From an uncultured Planctomycetia bacterium (GTDB taxonomy: Bacteria > Omnitrophota > Gorgyraeia > 2-01-FULL-45-10): DNA of 64,000 nucleotides. Positions 25,546-33,769 of the stretch are shown one piece after another. The stretch is from the NCBI GenBank assembly GCA_964433975.1, contig CAYSSS010000001.1, positions 7,989 to 71,988 of the forward strand, in the 5' to 3' direction. The position numbers and the translations under genes were made by a program. The notes beneath the pieces are model-generated. The model worked only from the letters and a program-made list of their open reading frames with translations, did no database searches and was not told the DNA's origin. How positions within the stretch are numbered: position 1 is the first letter of the stretch; each line of letters opens with the position of its first letter.

Positions 25546-26472
25546 ATGAGGAAAGCCTGCTTAAACGCAGTATATGAACTTGCCAGGCAAGATAAGAGGG
25601 TTCTATTTTTTGGATCTGATATAGCGGCCGGCACATTGGCGCAATTTCAGAAAGAGATGCCGGATAGGTATTTTATGGAAGGTGTTTCTGAAGCCAATAT
25701 CATAGGAGTGATGTCAGGCCTTGCCATGAACGGCAAAATACCGTATCTAAATACCATAGCCGTCTTTTCGACGCGCAGGTGTTATGAGCAGATCCTGCTT
25801 GACGCGGCGATGCATAATCTGAAGATTCGGATAATCGGTTCAGGCGGCGGGCTTGTATACGCGCCGCTGGGGCCCACACATCTTGCTTTTGAGGACATGT
25901 CTCTCATGAGAATCATACCTAATATGACTATAGTCGCTCCCTGCGATGCGGAAGAGATGAAACGGCTTATGCCCCGGACGCTTGATCATGAAGGGCCGAT
26001 GTATATCCGGCTTGGCAAGGGAGGGGACCCAATCGTGAGTTCTCCGGATAAGGATTTTAAGATTGGTAAAGCAATACTTATGCGTAAGGGCCGTGATGCG
26101 CTTGTTGTTAGTACGGGAGTAACGCTCAAATTGGTTTTGGATGCGGCGGAAGAATTGAAAACCAGAGGAGTGGAATTAAAAGTTCTTCACATGCATACGG
26201 TTAAGCCTATAGACCGCGCAGCCATTATGGAAGCAGCGTTTGGAGTAAAAACTATTATTACGGTGGAAGAGCATTCCGTTATCGGTGGACTCGGAAGCGC
26301 TGTGGCAGAGATCGTGGCAGAAGCCGGATTTTCGCCGGCCAAGAAATTCTTAAGGATCGGGCTTCCCGATCTATTTCCCGACAAATATGGTTCTCAAGAA
26401 AAATTAATGAATTTTTATGGTTTAACTAAAGAAAAAATAGTATCTGCTTTGTCAGGGTTCTTAAATACATAA
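25546..26472 (+). CDS. Transketolase, C-terminal (pyrimidine-binding plus C-terminal domain) subunit
   Basis: FFGSDI...FMEGVSEANIIGVMSGLA, GGLVYAPLGPTHLAFEDMSLMR, and TVEEHSVIGGLGSAV. It starts 1 nt after the N-subunit stop. Confidence 0.85.
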   Translation: MRKACLNAVYELARQDKRVLFFGSDIAAGTLAQFQKEMPDRYFMEGVSEANIIGVMSGLAMNGKIPYLNTIAVFSTRRCYEQILLDAAMHNLKIRIIGSGGGLVYAPLGPTHLAFEDMSLMRIIPNMTIVAPCDAEEMKRLMPRTLDHEGPMYIRLGKGGDPIVSSPDKDFKIGKAILMRKGRDALVVSTGVTLKLVLDAAEELKTRGVELKVLHMHTVKPIDRAAIMEAAFGVKTIITVEEHSVIGGLGSAVAEIVAEAGFSPAKKFLRIGLPDLFPDKYGSQEKLMNFYGLTKEKIVSALSGFLNT

Positions 26473-26488
26473 TAGGAGAATCAAGTAA

Positions 26489-27151
26489 ATGGCGAATATA
26501 GATTTTTTAAGCGTAATACACAAAAGTACGAAGCGCGATTATCTGGGCAGAGTAAACGAATATCCGAAAGCGGAGGCCATCAAGAAGGCGAAGCTGTACG
26601 ATCATGATTATTGGGACGGAGATCGTAAATTCGGATATGGCGGATACAGATATGACGGAAGATGGCGTAAGGTGGCCGACTCAATAGCTGCTCATTATAA
26701 TCTGAAGGCGGGCGATCGCATTCTCGATGTCGGAAGCGGCAAAGGATTCCTTTTGTACGATCTTACGCAAGCCGTGCCCGGCATAGAGGTGAAAGGTATT
26801 GATATTTCTAAATACGCGATTCAAAATTCTAAAGAGGAAGTCCGTTCTTTTCTAGACGAAGGGAACGCTATATCTTTGCCATACAGAGATAAAAGCTTCG
26901 ATCTGGTCATATCTATAAACGCGCTTCATAATTTGTACTGTTATGATGTGGTCAAAGCGCTGAAGGAGATAGAGAGGGTCGGTAAAAAGAATAAATATGT
27001 TGTCGTTGAATCATACAGAAATGAAGAAGAGAAGGTTAACCTTATGTATTGGGTGCTGACAGGCGAATGTTTCTTTTCGCCAGACGAATGGAAGTGGCTA
27101 TATGATCTTGCGGGTTATAAAGGTGACCATTCATTTATATATTTTGAATAG
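26489..27151 (+). CDS. Class I SAM-dependent methyltransferase
   Basis: Motif I RILDVGSGKGFLLYDL and post-I GIDIS. The N-terminal DHDYWDGDRKFGYGGYRYDGRW segment is typical of a glycan-locus MTase family. Confidence 0.75.
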   Translation: MANIDFLSVIHKSTKRDYLGRVNEYPKAEAIKKAKLYDHDYWDGDRKFGYGGYRYDGRWRKVADSIAAHYNLKAGDRILDVGSGKGFLLYDLTQAVPGIEVKGIDISKYAIQNSKEEVRSFLDEGNAISLPYRDKSFDLVISINALHNLYCYDVVKALKEIERVGKKNKYVVVESYRNEEEKVNLMYWVLTGECFFSPDEWKWLYDLAGYKGDHSFIYFE

Positions 27152-27162
27152 GAGTCATATAT

Positions 27163-28191
27163 ATGAAAGCGGCAATTTTAGTTGAGCAAAAAAAAGCACT
27201 CGTAATAGCTGATATTAATTTGCCATCAGAGCTTCAATACGGGCAAGTTTTGGTCAAGATTGTATGCAGCGGCGTGTGCGGTTCGCAAATAGGTGAGATA
27301 AACGGGATTAAGGGGCCGGATAAATTTCTGCCGCATTTACTTGGGCATGAAGGTGGAGGTGTAGTTTCCGACATAGGGCCTGGCGTTACTAAAGTTAAAA
27401 AAGACGATCACGTCGTTCTTCATTGGCGTAAGAGTACCGGCATTGAATCACCCGTACCAAAATATAAGTGGGGCAGCAAAATAGTGAATGCGGGATGGGT
27501 TACTACTTTTAACGAATATGCGGTGGTGTCGGAAAATAGGATCACTGCTATAGATAAGGATATTGATTTTGAAATAGCCGCATTAATGGGATGCGCAGTG
27601 ACAACGGGATTGGGCGTTATAACCAACGATGTTAAGCTTAGGACGGGCGAATCGATCGCTATATTTGGTTCCGGCGGCATAGGCCTGAATATGATCCAGG
27701 GCGCTTCGCTCGTTTCGGCAGATCCTATAATAGCGGTCGATATTTATGATCACAAACTTAAATTAGCAAAAGAATTCGGAGCCACTCATATTATAAATTC
27801 GTCAAAAACAGATGCTAAGAAAGAGATCTGTAATATTGTAGGCAGGTGCGGGGTAGACGCGGCGGTTGATAACACAGGTAATGTCAATGTGATAAATCAG
27901 GCCTATGAGGTAACGTCGGATACTGGCAGGACTGTTTTAGTCGGCGTTCCGCAAATCGGAGAGAAGATCAGTATTTACTCGCTTCCGTTACATTTTGAAA
28001 AGAAAATCTATGGCTCGCACGGTGGCGGAGCAAGCCCGTCCTTCGATATTCCGAGATATTTGAACCTTTATAAAAAAGGCGCATTGAAATTAAAAGGTAT
28101 GATAACGGATTCTTTCCGCTTAGATGAGATCAATAACGCTATAGCGGGAATAAGGAAGGGTAGTATCATAAAGTGTATAATAAAGATGTGA
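27163..28191 (+). CDS. Zinc-dependent medium-chain alcohol/polyol dehydrogenase
   Basis: CSGVCGSQ and GHEGGGVV (catalytic Zn ligands), and GSGGIGLNMIQ (NAD-binding GxGxxG). 342 aa. Confidence 0.8.
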   Translation: MKAAILVEQKKALVIADINLPSELQYGQVLVKIVCSGVCGSQIGEINGIKGPDKFLPHLLGHEGGGVVSDIGPGVTKVKKDDHVVLHWRKSTGIESPVPKYKWGSKIVNAGWVTTFNEYAVVSENRITAIDKDIDFEIAALMGCAVTTGLGVITNDVKLRTGESIAIFGSGGIGLNMIQGASLVSADPIIAVDIYDHKLKLAKEFGATHIINSSKTDAKKEICNIVGRCGVDAAVDNTGNVNVINQAYEVTSDTGRTVLVGVPQIGEKISIYSLPLHFEKKIYGSHGGGASPSFDIPRYLNLYKKGALKLKGMITDSFRLDEINNAIAGIRKGSIIKCIIKM

Positions 28192-28193
28192 AG

Positions 28194-29816
28194 ATGGGCA
28201 ATAAACCGTCACTGTTACTTATGACTTCGCGCTCTGCCGGTGGATTTAATATAGCGCCGCCGCTGGGTCTATATAGACTGAAAAACTTCATACAACAGGA
28301 TGTGTCGACCTGCGATATCCTGGATTTCGATCTGGAAAATGAAAATGAATATCTCGGTAAGGCAGAACAGGGAAAGTATGATATTATCGGCATGAGCGTA
28401 TCGCATATTAACATGGTAATGGATTTGGAAACGCTGGTGAGGTTTCGACATGCCGCACAGGTCAGTGGAAAACGAGTTTTATTTATTGCAGGAGGCCAAG
28501 AAGCAGCCCTCAATTATACCCAATGGCTTCAAAGCAATCTTGTCGATGTGATTTTTTTGGGTTTCGCAGAGCGCTCTCTTCAAAAATTTTGCTCTAATTT
28601 GGGCAGGATCGGGAAAGAGGCGCCGCTAAAAGATATAGCGAAAGACATTAAAGGTTTGTCATTTTGCGCAGAAACGGGCGAGGTATTGCATATACCATCC
28701 AATGTATTAACTGAAGAAGAATTTGAATTATTGTCTTTTGATAATGTCATGACAATGGATATTCCATATGAAATTTACTGGAATAAAATGCGTTTGGAAC
28801 GGGCAAGGATCAATACTAACACCGAATTTGTTTTTAAGACAGCTCGGCTTTACACCAGTAGTCACTGTCCAAGAAGATGCGGCTTTTGCAGTTCCCAATC
28901 CTTTATTACGTCTTCTCAAAAGAATGTCTCTCCCATATTTTCAATAACCGCTGAGCAAATTTATGAAATTGTTAAGCACTATGCCCGACGTTATGAAGCA
29001 GAAGGATTTCTTTTTAGCGACGACGATTTTCCCATAGGAACTCTTGATGGAATAGAGAGGGTTAGACGTTTTTGTAGACTAATTATTGACGCCAAACACA
29101 CAGGCAATCTTCCAGACAAGCTTAAATTTTTTTGCCAATCACGAGTTGCAGATTTTCTCGATAATAAAACAGTGAGGCATGATCTTATCAAGCTTATGAG
29201 AGAGGCGGGATTCGATAACACCGGTTTGGGCATCGAAACATTATCTAACCGCCTTCTAAAAGCTCCGTCTGTCAATAAAACAGGAGTTACCGTTTCTGAC
29301 TGCAAGGCAGTTATTGACGCACTTCTGGAAGAAGGAGTTATTCCCATAATCTTCATTATCATAGGCATACCGGAAAGTTCTGTTGGCGAGCTAGAGGAAA
29401 CCATATGTGAAGTCGCAGATTATATAAGAAAAGGTGTGGATGTTGCTGTTACAGCTAGGCTCAGAGTTAACCCAGGCTCTCCGCTCTGTGAATGTGGTAG
29501 TTATCCGATAAGTTCCACCGCATGGGTTAGTCCAGTCAATGGTAAAACCCTATTGGTAGCCGATTACTTTATTCCATGGAATCCAATAATCGAAATGATT
29601 ATTGGCAAAGTTCAGGAAAAAGCCGAAGAAGAAGTGCGGCTCCTCTGCGCCAAATATGGGTGGAATAAAAGCATGGCTCCTAAGACTATCGTAGGAATCG
29701 CGACACTTATTGCTACCGCAAGACTTATCAATAGAGAAGATATTGTCGAAAAATTCATTGTTTTACTGCGCGATATAGTTGATAATCAATCAAGCTTATT
29801 GAGAGAAAACAGATAG
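28194..29816 (+). CDS. Cobalamin-binding-like-domain (class B-like) radical SAM enzyme
   Basis: N-terminal Rossmann-like domain (LLLMTSRS...IIGMSVSH...LFIAGGQEA), then SHCPRRCGFC. 540 aa from ATG 28194, which lies 2 nt after the ADH stop. Confidence 0.7.
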   Translation: MGNKPSLLLMTSRSAGGFNIAPPLGLYRLKNFIQQDVSTCDILDFDLENENEYLGKAEQGKYDIIGMSVSHINMVMDLETLVRFRHAAQVSGKRVLFIAGGQEAALNYTQWLQSNLVDVIFLGFAERSLQKFCSNLGRIGKEAPLKDIAKDIKGLSFCAETGEVLHIPSNVLTEEEFELLSFDNVMTMDIPYEIYWNKMRLERARINTNTEFVFKTARLYTSSHCPRRCGFCSSQSFITSSQKNVSPIFSITAEQIYEIVKHYARRYEAEGFLFSDDDFPIGTLDGIERVRRFCRLIIDAKHTGNLPDKLKFFCQSRVADFLDNKTVRHDLIKLMREAGFDNTGLGIETLSNRLLKAPSVNKTGVTVSDCKAVIDALLEEGVIPIIFIIIGIPESSVGELEETICEVADYIRKGVDVAVTARLRVNPGSPLCECGSYPISSTAWVSPVNGKTLLVADYFIPWNPIIEMIIGKVQEKAEEEVRLLCAKYGWNKSMAPKTIVGIATLIATARLINREDIVEKFIVLLRDIVDNQSSLLRENR

Positions 29817-29826
29817 GAAAATAATC

Positions 29827-31044
29827 GTGCTAACAGGACAGAAATGCAAGCTTGCCCTTCACGGCGGCGCCCGAGTCCGCAAGAGGCCCATGCCTCCGCG
29901 CTTGGCTTTTGGCCCCGCCGAGCTCAGCGCCATTAATGCGTTGTTTAATCATTACAGGAGCAAGAAAGCGGATTTTGGGTATCAGGGGGAATACGAGCGG
30001 TTATATAACGAAGCCTTTGTACGCTACATGGGCGTGAAAGGTTTTAGCGACGCCGTTAATAGCGGTACATCCGCTTTATATGTAGCCATAGCCGCCCTGA
30101 ACCTGGCGCCTCGTAGCCATGTTATAGTTTCGCCGGTTACGGATCCGGGCACCATAAACGCTATTATCCTGAACCGGCTTATCCCGGTCATAGCGGACTC
30201 TAGCCCCCAATCTTACAATATCGGAGTCGAAGAATTTAAGGCAAGAATTTCGAAAAAAGTAAAAGGGGCTGTTATAGTTCATATCGGAGGAAAACCAGCT
30301 CCAATAGATAAAATCTGTAATACAGCCAGAAAGAATGGAATACGTGTGGTCGAAGATTGTTCTCAATCGCATGGCGCAAAATTGAATGGCGAGAAAGTCG
30401 GCACCTTTGGCGATATAGCTGCTTTTTCCACGATGTATAGAAAAGCTCACGCAACCGGCGGGTGTGGCGGAGTTATATTTACCCGAAATAAGGAATATTA
30501 CAACATGATAAGGGCCTACGCGGATAGAGGAAAACCTTTTTTCAAGCCCGGTTTTACCGAAAAGGATCCGTCATCATTTTTGTTTCCCGCCCTCAATTTG
30601 AATATCGATGAGATATCCTGTGCCATTGGCATCAAGACCCTGGAGAAGCTCGACATCGTAATAAGAAAAAGGATCGAATTTTTAACGAAACTCGGAAGTC
30701 ATATATCCAAAAATTCAAAAGTTTGCAGGTTGGCGCAAGTATCAGTAAACGATTCGCCGTTTTTTCAGCCGATAATTATCGACACTTTAAAGATCGGTTG
30801 CTCAAAAGAGGAGTTTGCTAACGCAGTTAGGGCGGAAGGAATAGATATTAATCCCGATTATAAATATGTTATCAGCGAATGGAAATGGGTCAAGCCATAT
30901 TTAGCCGATGATTATATGAGTGAGAACGCAATCAATTTTAGAAAGAGTTCATTTAACCTCCTTTTTAATGAAAACTACAAAGAGAGAGAGTTGGGGGATG
31001 TTATTAGCGCTATTTTAAAGGTTGAAGAATCATATGCTTTATAA
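29827..31044 (+). CDS. DegT/DnrJ/EryC1/StrS-family PLP aminotransferase (StsC/BtrS-like N-terminus)
   Basis: N-terminal LALHGGARVR, NSGTSALYVAI, EDCSQSHGA, and FSTMYRKAHATGGCGG (Schiff-base Lys region). GTG start preceded by AGGAAA. Confidence 0.75.
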   Translation: MLTGQKCKLALHGGARVRKRPMPPRLAFGPAELSAINALFNHYRSKKADFGYQGEYERLYNEAFVRYMGVKGFSDAVNSGTSALYVAIAALNLAPRSHVIVSPVTDPGTINAIILNRLIPVIADSSPQSYNIGVEEFKARISKKVKGAVIVHIGGKPAPIDKICNTARKNGIRVVEDCSQSHGAKLNGEKVGTFGDIAAFSTMYRKAHATGGCGGVIFTRNKEYYNMIRAYADRGKPFFKPGFTEKDPSSFLFPALNLNIDEISCAIGIKTLEKLDIVIRKRIEFLTKLGSHISKNSKVCRLAQVSVNDSPFFQPIIIDTLKIGCSKEEFANAVRAEGIDINPDYKYVISEWKWVKPYLADDYMSENAINFRKSSFNLLFNENYKERELGDVISAILKVEESYAL

Positions 31045-31062
31045 ATAGGAGATATGTAACCC

Positions 31063-31776
31063 ATGAAAAAATGTTTTAGCAACGCTTCATCCGTTCGCGC
31101 AAAAAGTATTTACAAGAACATCAAGATTGAAAAGCACGTGAAGGGGTTTATGCTCGGCGAATTCAATTCTTATCATTTGATATCCGATCCTAAACGTGTC
31201 GGTTTTCTTTTTGCCAGGTATAAATTTGTGGCAAAGATGCTGGAGGGATATGAACGCGTATTGGAGGTAGGCTGCCAGGAGGGGTTGGGGTCATTACTGG
31301 TCGCAAAGTCCGTCAAGAAGCTTGTTGCGACCGATTTTTATAAGCCACACATAGAGAGTTGCGTAGGAAATACAAGTAGTTTTGCTAAGAATATTGAATT
31401 CAGGTGGCACGATATTATCGGAGGGCCGATTGTAGAACATTTTGCAGGCGCCTATTCCTTGGATGTTTTGGAGCATATAGATCCCAAGCAAGAGGATTTA
31501 TATATGGCCAATGTTGCTTTAAGCCTTGAAGAAAAAGGCGTATTTATAATCGGAACGCCTTCTTTAGAATCTCAAAAGTATGCCTCTTCGGCATCAAAAG
31601 AGGGACATATAAATTGTAAGAGCGGAGAGGGGCTGCGCCTCTTTTGCCAGAACTATTTCTACAATGTTTTTATGTTTGGCATGAATGACGAAGTTATTCA
31701 TACGGGTTTTCTGCCCATGGCGCACTATCTGTTTGCCGTTTGCGTTGACCCAATAAAAGGGAAGATTAATAAATGA
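31063..31776 (+). CDS. Class I SAM-dependent methyltransferase
   Basis: Motif I VLEVGCQEGLGS, post-I ATDF, and LDVLEHI. 237 aa. Confidence 0.7.
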   Translation: MKKCFSNASSVRAKSIYKNIKIEKHVKGFMLGEFNSYHLISDPKRVGFLFARYKFVAKMLEGYERVLEVGCQEGLGSLLVAKSVKKLVATDFYKPHIESCVGNTSSFAKNIEFRWHDIIGGPIVEHFAGAYSLDVLEHIDPKQEDLYMANVALSLEEKGVFIIGTPSLESQKYASSASKEGHINCKSGEGLRLFCQNYFYNVFMFGMNDEVIHTGFLPMAHYLFAVCVDPIKGKINK

Positions 31777-32585
31777 AGGCCATTGTACCTTCCGATGTTT
31801 ATGAAGGATTTAAAAAATTAGGGATTGCAGGGGAAAGAGTTGTCATCCATTCTTCATTAAGCAGCTTCGGTGAGCTTAAGGGAGGGGCCGAAGCTCTTAC
31901 GGATGTCATTATCAGCTCCTTCAAGACGATTTTAATGCCCGTTTTTTGTTGGGATTCCGTCACGGTTCCGCCACGAGACGATAGGCCCGGGCAAAATGGA
32001 TGCGACTATTCGTTCTATGACGGTTGGGATAAGAAGCCCGTGCCATTTATAGTTGAAAATGCCGGAATAGAACGAAGCATGGGAGTTATCAGCCGCCACT
32101 TTCTTACTAAACCAAATGTCCTGCGAAGCGATCACCCTTGGCATTCATGGGCCGCCTACGGAGACAGGGCAGGGCAGCTGACCGAAGAATGCTCTTGGAA
32201 TGTGACCAATCTGCCCGTTGAGAGGTTGGCAAGTATTGGCGGACATGTTGTCTTGTTGGGAGTGGGATTAAACTCCTGCACAGCTGTTCATGTTGCTGAG
32301 GAAAAGGCCGGGCGGAATCCTTTTATCAGATGGGCGATTGATAGGAGCGGCGAAGTCAGGCGCGTAAGGGCATCGGGCTGCGCAAAGGGATTCAATAATC
32401 TTCTGCCTCTTTATGAAGACATATTCAAAAAGATATACGTGGGAGAGTGTTGTGTTTTGACAGCTCCCCTGAAGCCTTTTATTGAGCACACAAGATCGAT
32501 TATTCATTCAAATCCGGAAGTCACGCGGTGTTCTGCCAGCTGTATTAGATGCAATGACGCGATACTAGGAGGGCCGGTTGATTAG
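31773..32585 (+). CDS. AAC(3)-family (Antibiotic_NAT fold) N-acetyltransferase homologue
   Basis: VVIHSSLSSFGELKGGAEALTDVII, ILMPVF, GVISRHF, LRSDHPWHSWAAYG, and VVLLGVGLNSCTAVHVAEE, collinear with aminoglycoside 3-N-acetyltransferase motifs. ATGA overlap with the upstream MTase. Confidence 0.7.
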   Translation: MKAIVPSDVYEGFKKLGIAGERVVIHSSLSSFGELKGGAEALTDVIISSFKTILMPVFCWDSVTVPPRDDRPGQNGCDYSFYDGWDKKPVPFIVENAGIERSMGVISRHFLTKPNVLRSDHPWHSWAAYGDRAGQLTEECSWNVTNLPVERLASIGGHVVLLGVGLNSCTAVHVAEEKAGRNPFIRWAIDRSGEVRRVRASGCAKGFNNLLPLYEDIFKKIYVGECCVLTAPLKPFIEHTRSIIHSNPEVTRCSASCIRCNDAILGGPVD

Positions 32586-33747
32586 CCGTGAAGAAATGAG
32601 TTGTAAACTCTGTTCATCCGAAAAGATCGTTGAATTGGGAAAGGTAGGGTCTAAACCCGCATCGGTCACTTCGGATTCAAAACTGTGTGCGGTACAGGCC
32701 AGGGCCTATATTTGCCGGCGTTGCCGTCATATTCAAAAATTTAATCATGATGACGGGGAATCCGCCACGATTAATTCTGTTTATGAAAATTATGCGCCGC
32801 ACTATCTTTCGGGTGGTAACGAACAGCTCTTATTCCCGGAAGATCAACAACCGCGCCCACGGACCTTTCATGTTATTGAAAAGTGTATTAAGTTTTTACC
32901 AAAAACAGGAAAACTTCTGGATATAGGCACTGGTAATGGCGCTGTTTTAAAATCAGCGTCAAGGTTGTTGTCGGAATGGCAATTGCATGCTTTTGATATA
33001 GTGGACTCACATAGAGAAGAGGTGCTTAAGATTCCCCATGTGGAAAGTTTTTTCTGCGGCAAAATAGACGACATAGACCAGGCAAAATATGATTTGATCG
33101 TATTGTGGCATGCCCTGGAGCATATCTCTAGTCCTATGGAAATATTGATGAAGCTGAAAGATAAGATTACGGATGACGGTTACCTATTAGTGCAGGTTCC
33201 AGACGTCCAGCGGAATCCTTTCGATCTCGCCGTAATCGATCATTATTCGCATTTTACTTTTAAAAGACTGGCGGAATTTGTCCGTTCCCTAGGCTTTGTA
33301 ATCGTTGCCGACGGATATGAATGGACCCACAACTGCCTAACTGTATTACTCAAAAAGGACCACCCTACTTCCGAGGTCGCAACGGCATATTCTTGCGACA
33401 CCGAAGATATCAAGTCCGAGAGTTGCTTTTATTGGGTCAATGAAACGCTCGAATATTTTAAATGTGCCATAAATAATTTGGATTATGCTATTTTTGGGAC
33501 CGGCATGGCATCCATTTGGTTGTTATCGCAGCTGCCCAGGCCGCCGCTTTTTTTTATCGATGAGGATAACTTAAAGTCGTCAAATAAGATCGATAATATT
33601 CAGATTATTGGGCCCAAAGATTTACATCGGGGTGAGCTTAATATAATTATGCCATTCATAAAGCCCGTAGCCGCAAATATTAGTGGGAGAATAAAACGGC
33701 TGTATAAAAATTGCGGTTCATATAATTTTGTAATGGCAGAAAATTAG
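32578..33747 (+). CDS. Zn-ribbon class I SAM methyltransferase with C-terminal extra domain (divergent C-methyltransferase-like architecture)
   Basis: CKLCSS...CRRCRH (CxxC...CxxC), LLDIGTGNGAVL (motif I), and LWHALEHI. The C-terminal YAIFGTGMASIWLL...IIGPKDL resembles the TylCIII-type C-terminal domain. The start is TTG 32578 or ATG 32596. Confidence 0.6.
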   Translation: MISREEMSCKLCSSEKIVELGKVGSKPASVTSDSKLCAVQARAYICRRCRHIQKFNHDDGESATINSVYENYAPHYLSGGNEQLLFPEDQQPRPRTFHVIEKCIKFLPKTGKLLDIGTGNGAVLKSASRLLSEWQLHAFDIVDSHREEVLKIPHVESFFCGKIDDIDQAKYDLIVLWHALEHISSPMEILMKLKDKITDDGYLLVQVPDVQRNPFDLAVIDHYSHFTFKRLAEFVRSLGFVIVADGYEWTHNCLTVLLKKDHPTSEVATAYSCDTEDIKSESCFYWVNETLEYFKCAINNLDYAIFGTGMASIWLLSQLPRPPLFFIDEDNLKSSNKIDNIQIIGPKDLHRGELNIIMPFIKPVAANISGRIKRLYKNCGSYNFVMAEN

Positions 33748-33769
33748 CTGGTTTTGAAAGGGATATCTG

